Of a stretch of 64,000 nucleotides of DNA, positions 37,905 to 50,392 are shown piece after piece. This DNA comes from Eledone cirrhosa. Taxonomy: Eukaryota. Under the pieces are notes generated by a model. That model was not told the DNA's origin, made no database searches, and saw only the letters and a list, made by a program, of their open reading frames with translations. Where the stretch lies: NCBI GenBank assembly GCA_964016885.1, contig OZ024741.1, positions 13,764,001 to 13,828,000 on the forward strand, written 5' to 3'. Every line of letters starts with the position of its first letter. Position 1 is the stretch's first letter. The translations under genes and the position numbers were made by a program.

Positions 37905-39500
37905 CTCTCCCTGGAGATTTGGAATTTCTTCTCTAATTCTGCCATAGATTCAGCTAATAGGGATAGATCAACATCCAAATGTTCCCATGGGTAACCAGTC
38001 TTAAATTCTTCTGTTACCACCTGTATGACAATAAGGAGAGGGCTAAGAACAGAGCCCTGATGGAATCCTACTTGCACACTAAATTCCTCACTATAATTGC
38101 TGACTGCTCCTCTGTACATGGCTTGTACCACTTTCACAAGCCACTCATCTGCCCCTAGTTTCCTAAGAGCCCACCAAATTATGGAATGCGGGACTCTTTC
38201 AATTGATTTCTCCAAGTCAACAAATGCCAATTAAAGCGGCTTACTTTAATCTAGGTACTTCTGTAGTTGCCTCACAAGGGAGAGGGCATCAGTGGTACTT
38301 TTACCCAGGAAAAATTGAAACTGCATCTTATCTTGGTTAACTTGGTCTTTAATCAGCTGTACTATAACTCTTTCTGTAACCTTTATGTCCAGGTCCATCA
38401 GCTTGATGCCTCTATAGTTTCCTCTATCTAGTACATCTCTTTTGCTCTTGCAGCAGTTGACAATGATGTTACTACGCCAGTCATTGGTTATGACACCATT
38501 TTGTATTACTTGGTCTATGTTATGGATGTTTACAGTGTGATCCTCCATCCACGATGCGTTCAGCATCTCGGCAACTACCCTCAATGGTCCAACTGCTTTG
38601 CCTGTCTTCATATCCTTGACCATTTTACTTTCTGCACTGTTGCTGACTTCCATAGCCAGTCCCTCTGTTGGATTTTCTTCCCATGCATTCTCCTCATTCA
38701 GTAGTCTTTCATAGTGGCACTCCCATACTACTTTCTTTTCAGTGTGAATGAGGAAAGTGTGCCATTATCATCTCACACACACTTTCCCCCAACAACATCA
38801 CAATTTTCCCTCACACTCTCCCTTGCAATCCTGAACACCTCATATTTTGTTCTTCACATTGCAAAACATGCTTTAATATATTTTCTGCCTCCCTTCTTGC
38901 AAAGTATACTTGTCGTCCAGCTTCTTGGTAATGTTCTCTACTTCCCCCATTCTGTCATTTATTCCATGCTTGTCTCTTGACCTTCATCTTCTCATCCACC
39001 CTACTGTTACACCACCAAGTCACTCTGCTTCAGCCACAAATCTCGTTTGTTGCCTTCAGCAGATTATCTTTCAGGAATTCTCACTGTTCCACTATATTGT
39101 ATGTCTCTATTTCTTCTTACTTATTGTCAAAAGCATCAAGTAAAATGCCTCTAAATAAGTTACTGGCTGAGGACTCATTTACTTTCCATATCCATCTCCT
39201 CTAGGTTGTCCTCTGCCTCTGAGTTCATCTAGCTCTTACTAGATGCTAACTACTAGGTTATGTTGGGAGGTACATTTACAAATATTGCTCTATCTTGTCC
39301 TCTGGTGAGGATAAAGTTAATTTGGCTGGATACTCACCTATTGGTGATCAAGTGGCTGTCTGATTTTTAAGTTTATGTTATAGATAGATTATTGGCATCG
39401 CAGAATTCCAGGAACTTGGAACCTTCCTCATTTCTCATGCCAAAACCTTGGTGGACCCCACAGAAGCCATCACAGTGTTGTTCACCATGTCCATTATACT
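37905..39500 (-). mobile_element. degraded RTE-clade LINE fragment (EN remnant + RT)
   Basis: NYRGIKLMD, AFVDLEK, VGFHQGSVLSPLL in ORFs 38246-38653 and 37835-38230. Confidence 0.85.
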
Positions 39501-39949
39501 CAAAAGCCGGGGTCTCAAACCCAAGGGCTCAATAGGGCCATTACATTCTGAGGGAGAGGGACAGCAGGTCAAAAGTAAGATGAGAGTTGAGCTGTGATTT
39601 CCACCAGTTATAATTCTTATCTGTAATACAGCTGATAGGGTGCTATTTATTTTTTAATTGCAAAGAATACTCATATGATTGTAGGGTTTGGGAGATGTAA
39701 GGGGCCAAATATCCCATTTCAAATTTTCCTTGATACCATTTTTATTTTTGGTAAATTCACTTTTTCCATTTTAATGTATTGTAATTTATTCTTTTCATCC
39801 TTTCAAGGTGAATGAATAAAAGTACTAGTCTAGTACTGTGGTCGATTCTTCTTCTATATCTCTTTCTCACTTCTTCTCTCTCACTTTCTATCTTTCTCTG
39901 GAAGAAATCTGCTGTACTCAGGGGTGGAGAGGGATGGGCTCTGTCAGGC

Positions 39950-40177
39950 TTAACCCTTTAGCATTTTCATAACTCTATATTTACTATTATATTTTCACAG
40001 TAAAGGCTTTATCTTACATAATATTTCACATAACATTGAATCTATGAGATTTTGATATTATTTATTTTGAGAACAATACCTTAACATAAATATGAGAAGC
40101 CAATTACAGCCAGTTTGAGCAGAAAGAGGCAAGAGAACTCTGGCTGGATATGGCCGGTTTAAATGCTAAAGGGTTAA
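39950..40177. mobile_element. piggyBac-type MITE with TTAA target duplication
   Basis: TTAA-CCCTTTAGCATTT ... AAATGCTAAAGGG-TTAA; 13-bp perfect TIRs starting CCC. Confidence 0.8.
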
Positions 40178-40286
40178 AATGCCCAAGAATGTATGTCAAT
40201 TTGGCGTCCCTACAACTCTATCAGGAGTTACAGGACAATGCATACATATATACATACACATATACAAACATACATATACATACATA

Positions 40287-40716
40287 TGGTGGCTGCTAAC
40301 TCGTTTTCGAGTACGGCCACTACTTTATATCCATGTAGGAGAACCCCTACCGATGCGCTGAACGTGTGTGACTTTTTAGTCCAGCCAGCGACTTGAAAAC
40401 TCTGCTACAAACACTACACTTGTGACAATTATTGACACATAGTGCTGGGCCCATGGTACCATGTGACGACAAGTGCAGAGAGATCTCCAGATATAAAGCA
40501 ATGCCTGTGCTGTGAAGCTTTTATAGTGAGCAAAGCACTGCACAAAGCCAGTCCCACTCTCTTAACCAAGATGATATTTACCAAAAAGAAGAACAAGTCA
40601 ACATCATTGGATACCATCAGAGTTGCAGGTGTTATATCAGAGTTTTCCTTCTCCGAGAATTCTGCCTTGACAAAGGCTAAAGGGTCATCTCTCCCGGTGA
40701 TTTTGGATGGCCAGTA
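40287..40716 (-). mobile_element. short LINE-derived repeat (C2H2-finger 3' end), copy 1, 5'-truncated
   Basis: Highly similar to 44995-45388 and 45405-46012; flanked by (TACA)n. Confidence 0.8.
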
Positions 40717-41019
40717 CAACATACATACATATACATACATAGGTTTAATAGGGGATAAATTGCTCTCCCACACTATATTACTGGTAGCTATTTTCTCAAC
40801 TGAGAAATGTGAGATGAGAAACTGTGTAAAGTGTTAGGTCAGTAGTCAGACTTTCTGTCAATGGTAGTAATTATTGGAATGGCGAGCCTGTCTGCTAGAG
40901 AAATCTTCAGATGTTGCACACACTGCAGCCGGGTGCATTTTATATTCAACGTTCTTGGATTCTAATATCTCCTACACCTTCTACTCCATCTTCTTATCCC
41001 CCCCCCCCTTCGCAATCTG

Positions 41020-41119
41020 TCTGCCTGCCTCTCTCTTTCTATCTATCTATCTATATTTCTCTTCCTCATTATGTCTATATCTCATATTCTCTCTCACTCT
41101 CTCTTTCTATTTCTTCATC

Positions 41120-41178
<59 letters not shown>

Positions 41179-42050
41179 CTCTCTCTTTCTTTATCAATTT
41201 CTCTCTTTCTATATCACTTTCTCTCTCTATCACTTTTTCACTCTCTCTCTCTCTCTCATTCTCTTTTTCACCACATGACTGTTTCTCTCTCTCACTCTGT
41301 TTGCCTCTCTCTTTCTTTCCCCTCATTGCATCACTATCTGTCTCTCCCTTTTATCTTCTGTTTCTCTCCTTCTCTCTCTCTCTATTTCTCTCCTTCTCTT
41401 TCTCTCTCTCTCTCTAATTCTGTCTCTCTTTCTCCTTTTCTCCATATGACTCTCTATCTCTCCTTTTCTCAGTCTAACCCTCCCTCTCTCCCTCTCTTTC
41501 TCTCCTTTTCTCAGTCTAACCCTCCCTCCCTCTCTTTCTCATTCTAATTGTCTCCCTCATTCTCTTTTCCTCTCTATACCTGTCTATCTCCCACTCTGCC
41601 TCTCTCTCTCCATCTATCTTTCTCTCTCTCTTAGTACTTTACTCTCTCTATCTCTCCCTCACCCTGTCTTTGTCTCTCTCTCTGTCTATCACACTCTCTC
41701 CACCCTCCCCCTCTCTCTCCCTCTCTCTCTCACCACACTCTCTGTCTATCACACTCTCTCCACCCTCCCCCCTCTCTCTCCACCCTCCCCCCTCTCTCTC
41801 CACCCTCCCCCGCTTCTATCACACTCTCTCCACCCTCCCCCTCTCTATCACACTCTCTCCACCCCCCTCTCGCTATCACTCTCTCCACCCCCCTCTCTCT
41901 ATCACTCTCTCCACCCCCTCTCTCTATCACACTCTCTCCACCACCCCTCTCTCTATCACACTCTCTCCGCCCCCTCTCTATCACACTCTCTCCACCCCCC
42001 TCTCTATCACACTCTCTCCACCCCCCTCTCTCTCTACTTCCTTACCTCTC
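41020..42050. repeat. (CT)n-rich region and a ~25-30 bp minisatellite (ctctatcacactctctccaccctcccc)
   Basis: Read directly. Confidence 0.9.
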
Positions 42051-42103
42051 TCAATACAGTCAAACTATATTTCAAAGTAAAATCGAAGTCAATGCAGACA
42101 TTC

Positions 42104-42104
42104 T

Positions 42105-42162
<58 letters not shown>

Positions 42163-42175
42163 GCTGCTGCTGCTC
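42104..42175. repeat. (ACT)n/(GCT)n microsatellite
   Basis: Read directly. Confidence 0.95.
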
Positions 42176-42312
42176 TGCTGTTGTTGTTGCTGTTGTTGCT
42201 AGTGCTGCAGATAATATTGGTGCAGCTACAGATGTCAATAACACAGTTGTTGCTGCTGTGTCAACAGTGTGTCTTGATAAATTCTGCATTTGCTTTCCTG
42301 TCTCATGTTGTT

Positions 42313-42369
<57 letters not shown>

Positions 42370-42442
42370 TCATACACACACACACATATATATATATTCA
42401 TACATATATTTAAATATACATACATACATATATATATATATA

Positions 42443-42790
42443 TAATCATCACCGTTTAATGTCCATTTTCCCATTCTAGCATGGGTTAGGCGAGTTGTCC
42501 TGTTGTGAGCGCTACCAGGTCAGGTGACCATGTCTTGCTCATACAGGACTGATTCTGGCTTGGTTTCTACAGCTGGATGTCCTTCCTAACACCAGCCTAT
42601 TTTACAGTGAGTACTGGGTACTTTTTTACTGTGGCGTCTACATGACCACTTTACTGTGTGGACTGGGTGCTTTTTGTTGTGACACCTACACAATCACCTT
42701 ACATTGTGGGCTAGAGGATTCACTAGATGTATGTTTCAGCTGGTCCTCACGGCAAATGTATGGCAGTGGCTGGCGTGGGGTAGTGCATAC
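42443..42790 (-). mobile_element. RTE-tail-associated short interspersed repeat family (ctacagctggatgccctt...)
   Basis: Homologues at ~44168-44325, 48567-48930, 56130-56610, 60385-60680, 63085-63200 and 63410-63640; shares the (CAT)n/RTE 3' end. Boundaries approximate. Confidence 0.6.
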
Positions 42791-42844
42791 TATATAAATA
42801 TATGTTTCAGTCTCAGCCTGTGTCTACATATATACATATGCATA

Positions 42845-44071
42845 TCATCATCATCATCATCATCATTTTACGTCCGCTTTTCCCTGCTTGCAAGGGTTGG
42901 ACGGGTTCTATTCAGCACAGCATATCTCCACTTGTCACAGTCCTTCGTCATTGCCTCGGTGAGTTTCAGCGATCTGAGGTCTGCTCTCACCACCTCCGCC
43001 CATGTTTTACGTGGTCTACCTCGACTGCATAACTTATCTCTCTTATACCCAGTTTCTTTCTCAACTCATCTATGCTTGGTCGTTCCTGCACATTGACATT
43101 TCACATCCAACGGTGCATACTTGCTTCATTTCTTTCCAGCCGTCGCATATCCTCTGCAGTAGCTGCCTATGTCTCACTACCATGCAGCATCGCCATATCA
43201 CACAGGCATCATATAACCATCCTTTCGTACGCAGGGAGAAACCCTTCTTGGTCAACAGAAGAAGCAGCTCCCTAAACTTCTTCCAACTCGTCCTTATTCT
43301 AGATACTATGGCCTCGGAACACCCCTCCCCCATGCTAATCTGATCACCTTGGTACCGGAAGCTATCCACCACTTCTATAGAACCCACCTGCATTGGAAAA
43401 ATGTGTCTATCATTGCGATTACTACTGCCAACTTTCCCTGTACATCTACTGCATACGTAGTTTTCCCTACCTGTTAGTTTGCTTGCTATCCCACTACATC
43501 TCTTGTGTACCCAAGATCTGCATTGCGTACCTTTTATGGAATTCATGCCAGTTCCTTTCATATATATCGAACATGGCCATTTCCCTGATAGAATCAGAGT
43601 ATTGTCCTCTCTTCTACTTATCAACACTTTTGTCTTAGCTATGTTCACTCTCAGACCTCTTGATTCCAACTGCTGTTTCCATAGCCAGAATTTATTCTCT
43701 AGTTCCTGTACTGATTCTGCTATAAGAACCAGATCGTCAGCATAGAGAAGTTCCCATGGGCATCCAGTCTTAAACTCCTCTGTTATGGCTTGGAGGACTA
43801 TAATGAATAAGAGCGGGCTGAGGACCGAACCCTGATGTACACCTACTTGTATCTGGAATTCCTCACTAAACTCCATTCCTACCCTCACTTTACTGACAGC
43901 ACCCCTGTACATAGCTTGCACTGTCCTCACAAGCCATTCCTCAACACCTAGTTTCCATAGGTACGACCAGATGACAGATCGGGGTTCTCTATCAAAGGCC
44001 TTCTCTAGGTCAACAAAAGCTAAGCATAGTGGCTTATTCTTCTCTAAGAACCTCTCTTGTAGTTGCCTCAC
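42845..44071 (-). mobile_element. 5'-truncated RTE-clade LINE: RT with an internal Cys-rich insert and a (TGA)n tail
   Basis: 333-aa ORF with AFVDLEKAFDR, VGVHQGSVLSP, LLYADDL, WVHKRCSG; 3' tail reads catcatcat on the plus strand. Confidence 0.9.
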
Positions 44072-44341
44072 TATATATATATTGGAAAAGTAAATAACAA
44101 CAATAAGGAGTACAGTTATGAAAGGTGTTAGGTATTAGGTTCATGCTTGAGTGGGGTATATATATATATCATCATCATCATCATCATCATTTTATGTCCG
44201 CTTTTCCCTGCTTGCAAGGGTGGGACGGGAACTGATTCTGGCTTGATTTCTAACAACTTCATTTAGAGTGAGTGCTGGGTGCTTTTTTGCCATGGCACCT
44301 CCACGACCACTTTGCAGTGGAATGATAGGGACCCCAGTCCT

Positions 44342-44470
44342 ATCATCTCATTTCTACAGGTGAGTAAACTGGAGCAATGTGAAATAAAGTGTCTTGCTCA
44401 AGGAAACAACACATCACCCAGCCTTTCGATTGCAACCCCAATGCTCTAACCACTAAGCCATGCACCTTCA
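44342..44470 (-). mobile_element. tRNA-derived SINE (CORE-like)
   Basis: A-box TGGCTTAGTGG, then ccttgagcaagacactttatttcacattgctccagt, shared with the other copies. Confidence 0.7.
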
Positions 44471-44532
44471 TATATATATAGTAATAATAATAAAATTGAA
44501 GACTAAAATCCAAAGAGGGCTCGATTTTAATA

Positions 44533-44994
<462 letters not shown>

Positions 44995-44995
<1 letters not shown>

Positions 44996-45388
44996 GGTGG
45001 TGGCTGCCAACTCGTTTTCGAGTACGGCCACTACTTTATATCCATGTAGGAGAACCCCTACCGATGCGCTGAACGAGTGTGACTTTTTAGTCCAGCCAGG
45101 GACTTGAAAACTCTGGTACAAACACTACACTTGTGACAATCATTGACACATAGTGCTGGGCCCATGGTACCATGTGACGACAAGTGCAGAGAGATCTCCA
45201 GATATAAAGCAATGCTTTTATAGTGAGCAAAGGCACTGCACAAAGCCAGTCCCACTCTCTTAACCAAGATGATATTTACCAAAAAGAACAAGTCAACATC
45301 ATCGGATACCATCAGGGTTGCAGGTGTTATATCATAGTTTTCCTTCTCCTAGAATTCTGCCTTGACAAAGGCTAAGGGGTCATCTCTC
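44995..45388 (-). mobile_element. short LINE-derived repeat, copy 2, 5'-truncated
   Basis: Encodes [22 protein letters not shown] (C2H2) near its 3' end; in tandem with copy 3. Confidence 0.8.
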
Positions 45389-45404
45389 ATCATACATACA
45401 TATA

Positions 45405-46012
45405 CGGTGGCTGCCAACTCGTTTTCGAGTACGGCCACTACTTTATATCCATGTAGGAGAACCCCTACCGATGCGCTGAACGAGTGTGACTTTTTAGTAA
45501 AGCCAGCGACTTGGAAACTCTGGTACAAACACTACACCCGTGACAATTACTGACACATAGCGCTGGGCCCATGGCACCACGTGATGACAAGTGCAGAGAG
45601 ATCTCCAGATATAAAGCAATGCCTGTGCCGTGAAGCTTTTATAGTGAGCAAAGGCACTGCACAAAGCCAGTCCCACTCTCTTAACCAAGATGATATTTAC
45701 CAAAAAGAAGAACAAGTCAACATCATTGGATACCATCAGAGTTGCAGGTGTTATATCAGAGTTTTCCTTCTCCTAGAATTCTGCCTTGACAAAGGCTAAG
45801 GGGTCATCTCTCCCGGTGATTTTGGATGGCCATTGACTCTTAAGAACTCTTTGCCCTTTGACAGGTTTTGTTTTTAGTCCTGCAGGATGTCCAAAGTCAC
45901 CCTCCTCACCAAGAGACCTTGGTGGGGTTGCCAGTTTAGTCGCCAACGACCCGACCATGAGACAGGTTGTACTGGGATACATGTTACCAGTAGCACCAAC
46001 TGGTGACCTGAC
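45405..46012 (-). mobile_element. short LINE-derived repeat, copy 3, apparently complete (~610 bp) with a structured 5' head
   Basis: 5' head homologous to ~50050-50230; (TACA)n on both sides. Confidence 0.8.
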
Positions 46013-46264
46013 ATACATATATATATATACATACATATATATATATATATATACATACAGATATATATATATGTATATATATATATATAGAGAATTTAGT
46101 ATATCTACTAACATATGCGTACAGATGTACACTAATGCTAGCAAATACATAAGTTATGTCATAGTACCTAGGTGGTTCAATGCAGGAGGATTCAGAACAA
46201 TAATATGAAAGACGTAAAATAAGAAAATTTAAAAAAAAATTAAAAAAATTAACTTACTTACTAA

Positions 46265-46284
46265 ATATATATATATATACATAC

Positions 46285-46317
<33 letters not shown>

Positions 46318-46354
46318 TATATACATACATATATATATATATATATATACATAC

Positions 46355-46389
<35 letters not shown>

Positions 46390-46392
46390 TAC

Positions 46393-46431
<39 letters not shown>

Positions 46432-46546
46432 TACATATATATATATATGTATATATATATACATACATATATATATATATGTATGTATATATACATACAT
46501 ATATATATATATACATACATATATATATATATGTATATATACATAC

Positions 46547-46579
<33 letters not shown>

Positions 46580-46611
46580 TACATACATATATATATAAAT
46601 GAAAGGTATAG

Positions 46612-46665
<54 letters not shown>

Positions 46666-46680
46666 CATACATACACACAC
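46265..46680. repeat. (TA)n/(TACA)n microsatellite
   Basis: Read directly. Confidence 0.97.
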
Positions 46681-46764
46681 ATACACAACACACACAGACA
46701 CATGAAATTTGAAATGTTTGATTCCCAACCCAGATGACTATAGTAATAGTCAATTACTAAATGG

Positions 46765-47075
46765 TGGCGGTACGTAGCCTAGTGGTAAGGGCAGCCTAGT
46801 GGTAAGGGTAACCCAGTGGTAAGGGTGGCCTAGTGGTAAGCTGTTGGACTTACAATCATAATGTCATCGGTTCAATTCCTGTGTTGTGTTCTTGAAAACA
46901 CTTCATTTCACGTTGCTCCAGTATACTCAGTTGAAAATGAGTACCAGCAATGGCTGGGGATTTAACCCAGGGATGGACTGGCGTCCTGTCCAGGGAAGAG
47001 TCTTGTACTCAGTCACTTCACACCAGGATAAGCACCAGCATGATGAGCCACTGGATTCAAGGCAGACTTTAGACT
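46765..47075 (+). mobile_element. tRNA-derived SINE with a four-fold reiterated A-box
   Basis: gcctagtggtaag-like x4, B-box GGTTCAATTCC, then cttgaaaacacttcatttcacgttgctccagt. Confidence 0.75.
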
Positions 47076-47137
47076 AAATAGTAGTTGAGAACATTTGGTA
47101 AATACCCCTGGAGATGGAAAAAAGCAGACAGAGGTAC

Positions 47138-47207
47138 CTGTGAGAAATTGAACCCTGCATCTCTCAGATGCTGGCCAAGTATTTTAACCACTATGCTAAA
47201 GAGCCAC
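47138..47207 (-). pseudogene. degenerate tRNA-like sequence (SINE head or tRNA pseudogene)
   Basis: TAGCATAGTGG A-box and GGTTCAATTTC B-box-like; weak anticodon arm around AGC. Confidence 0.45.
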
Positions 47208-47421
47208 CAGTTGCCATTTCCGTCTGTTCGATTTTACAGCCGGTTGTTTTGAAAATTAAAAATAAAATTTATTTTTGCTCTAACGTGCTGGATACTGAAT
47301 TTTCGTCAAAGCTGGCTGTTAAATTGCTCAATATGCAAATTAGGCTAATCAGCCGATATATACCTTTGAGAATACTTTGTATTCTGAACACCTCCAGCAG
47401 GTAGCAGTGACGAGATAATAT

Positions 47422-47466
47422 ACAGTCTTGATAAGGGGCAATAACTCTGAAACAATTGTTGACTGT
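47422..47466 (+). ncRNA. degenerate minimal hammerhead-ribozyme motif
   Basis: acagtc-TTGATAA-gggg caataa ctct-GAAAC AATT GT T-gactgt: stems I-III intact, two core substitutions relative to CTGATGA. Confidence 0.45.
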
Positions 47467-47689
47467 TTCTCTCTGTAAACAAACTGGATATTAATGACGT
47501 TATTATTCACCCTTGTAATCATTTAGGTATCCACCATGTTAGAGGAAAAATAAATTTGTTTTTATATATTTATATATACAAATATATATATATATATACA
47601 GAAGCTTTTGCTGCATTTTGACTAAAGAAATTTTAGCCTGATAGTGGGGTTTAGAACCCTCAGAGAAGTGAAAAAAGATGAGTATTCAC

Positions 47690-47757
47690 ATACATGGGAG
47701 TTGAACCCACATCTTTGGTTATCCAGACCACTGTGCTACCATTACACCAACACACCA
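47690..47757 (-). pseudogene. degenerate tRNA-like sequence
   Basis: TGGTGTAATGG A-box and GGTTCAACTCC B-box. Confidence 0.45.
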
Positions 47758-47989
47758 CCCATCTCCTTCCATTCAAATTAGAAGCTACATTCTTAGCAAG
47801 TATGATGACAAGTAAGTATGTTTTGAAACAGCGAGCAAGTTTGAAATTAGAAATAGAAGCTTTCACCGTATATTTTTACTACAGAAATTTTAGCCTGATA
47901 ATGGGGTTTAGAACCCTCTAAGAAGTGGAAAAAGACATGTCATGAAGCCACATTTATGACTCCATTAAAAGTTATTAATCCATATATGA

Positions 47990-48520
47990 TAAATACACCC
48001 TTTGGTCTCAAGTGACCATGGGATTTGCACTTAGAAAGTTCCCCTCTGAGGCACAAGTCCAGATAAGGTTGTTTGAGGAAGACCAGAAGTCATCATCATC
48101 ATCATCATCATTTTACGTCCGCTTTTCCCTGCTTGCAAGGGTGGGACGGGTACTATTCAGCACAGCATCTCTCCACCTGTCCCTTCGTCATCTCCACTGT
48201 GAGCTTCAGCGATCTGTGGTCTGCTCTCACCACCTCTGCCCATGTTTTTCGTGGTCTTCCTCTACTATGTCTTCCTTCAACAGTCACCCATGCATACCAC
48301 TCTCCCTTCTCCACATCACTAATGTTGTTCAAGAGAAAGGCAATGGCTGATACAACTTGGTATCAGTGACGTCGCATCTCATTTCTACAGCTGAGTAAAC
48401 TGGAGCAACATGAAATAAAGTGTCTTGCTCAAGAACACAACAAAAAGCCCGGTCTGAGAATCGAACTCACAACCTCATGATTGTAAGTCCAACACTCTAA
48501 CCACTAAAGTATGCGCATTC
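47990..48520 (-). mobile_element. tRNA-derived SINE interrupted by an RTE 3' fragment (~48088-48320)
   Basis: SINE head at ~48440-48520 and core cttgagcaagacact; inserted catcat-tailed RTE end. Confidence 0.65.
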
Positions 48521-48959
48521 ATATATGTATATATTGATCCATACATACATACACACACACATAAATCATCATCATCATTGTTTAATATCCATCTTCCATG
48601 CTAGCATGGGTTAAACGGGTTTGTCCCAATTCAGGCAAGTTGGGTCAGGTGATTAGGTCTTGCAGATATAGAACTGTTTCTGGCTGGTTTTCTACAGCTG
48701 GATGCCCTTCATAATACCAACCACATTTACAGTGTGTGCTGGGTGCCTTTTGTCATGTCTCTTACATGACAGTGTGGACTGGGTGCTTTTTGTCGTGACA
48801 CCTACACTTCTGCTTTACATTGTGGGCTGGATGTTCTGTGGTGCCAACATAATTTTACAGAGTAAGCATGATGTGGGAAGAGGTGTTGGGTGTGTGGGGT
48901 GTATATTGACTTAAGAGGTGCCTACTGACTGTAAGTTTAAGTCCGTGCGTAAGGGAAGG

Positions 48960-49730
48960 CGGGTCTTCTGTATTACTGCATAGCACTAAATATCTTGATC
49001 CTGTGTCATTGTCTTAGAGAGGTGCAAGTGCATAAGGTCAGCTTTTATCACCTTGTCTCCCAGGTCTTTCTGGGTCTACCTACTCTGTAGCTTCCATCAA
49101 TTTTCATCGCCCTGCACTTTTTTATACAGCTGTCATCCTTCACACGAATCACATGATCATACCAATGCAATCTCCTGTCTAGTAAACTGCATCTGATCCC
49201 TCTTATTCGTAATTTCTCAATTAGTTCGTTTACGCTTTGCCGTTCATGTATATTACTATTACACATCCATTGCAGCATGCGTGCTTCGTTCCTTTCCAAA
49301 CCTCAAAGATCCTCTGCACACAATGCCCAGGTCTCGCTACCATGTAACATTGCTGTTCATATACAATCATCATACAATCTGCCTTTCATTTTTAGAGAGA
49401 ACTCTAAAAATGAAAGGCAGTGGTATTAGCTCTCTAAACTTTTTCTATCCCGTTCTTACTCTGGCTACTGTACTTTCAGAACACCCTCCCCCACTGCTTA
49501 TTTTGTCAGTCAGGTAATGGAAAGTGTCTACTATTTCTATAGAACCATCTGGGCAGTTGAAGGAGCTAGTATCCTTTGGACCCTTGCTACTTATTGCACC
49601 TGAGCATTGGCCACATATAAAACCTACATTCTTTGATAGCTTGCCTGTGATCGCACTATATCTTTTATGTACCCATAGCTTGCATTTGGGACTTAGAATG
49701 GAATTTCTACCTATTCCTATCCTACACACT
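48960..49730 (-). mobile_element. RTE-clade LINE 3' fragment
   Basis: CKLWVHKRYS...FICGQC; RRLHWYDHVIR; GRPRKTW. Confidence 0.85.
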
Positions 49731-49744
49731 GATCAAGGCTATCA

Positions 49745-50230
49745 CTTGATACTTAAGCATGAGCATCACGGACAAGGCTTTTTAGCCCTGCTAGAAACCT
49801 GCCTCTAGCCAGCAATATCATGCATCACAAAAAATGTCATATCAAGTGATGCCTGTGCTTGAAGCTTTTTTAAGTGAGGAAAGTCTTTGCACGGAGCCAA
49901 TCACACTCTCTGAACATCGAATGCATTTGCCCAAAAAGAAAAACTGGTCTACGTCATTGAATGCAAGTGAAGTCGCAGTGACCTTCTCCTATAGAGATGT
50001 CTTAATGAAGAGACTAGGTGTCCCTCACTAAACAAAAACTTGATTGGATATAGCTGTTGACTCTCCTTCGCCCTCTGATGGGTTTTGTTTTTCATCCCAC
50101 GGGGTGTCCCAAATCACCCTCCTCCCCAAGCATGTTTGGTGGGGTTGTCAGTTTAGTCACCGATGACCTGGCCTTGTACAGGTTGTACAAGGTTACATGC
50201 TACCAGTTGCACTGAGGTGCGACCTGACAC
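49745..50230 (-). mobile_element. diverged relative of the 45405-46012 element (5' head + body)
   Basis: Shared gactaaactgacaaccccacc and gaggagggtgatttgggacac; body similarity (tgtgcttgaagctttt). Confidence 0.65.
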
Positions 50231-50304
50231 CCGTCCGTTTGTTTGAATGAGGGTAACCTTGATTAGTCAATTTTTGATAACTTTCTCTCCCTTTCTACTT
50301 GCAG

Positions 50305-50392
50305 GACTTTATTAGGCTGCGATGAATTACAAAACTATGACAGGGTTAGAGTATTCCTGGATGAAGACTTCACTGCCGCAGACAAATTCACA
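50305..50392 (+). CDS. candidate internal exon of an unidentified host gene (88 bp)
   Basis: Strong pyrimidine tract ctttctctccctttctacttgcAG, donor CA|GTAAGT, open frame TLLGCDELQNYDRVRVFLDEDFTAADKFT. No partner exons identified. Confidence 0.45.

Noticed and set aside
47138-47757. Functional tRNA genes
   Set aside because: Acceptor and anticodon stems pair poorly; better explained as SINE heads or pseudogenes.
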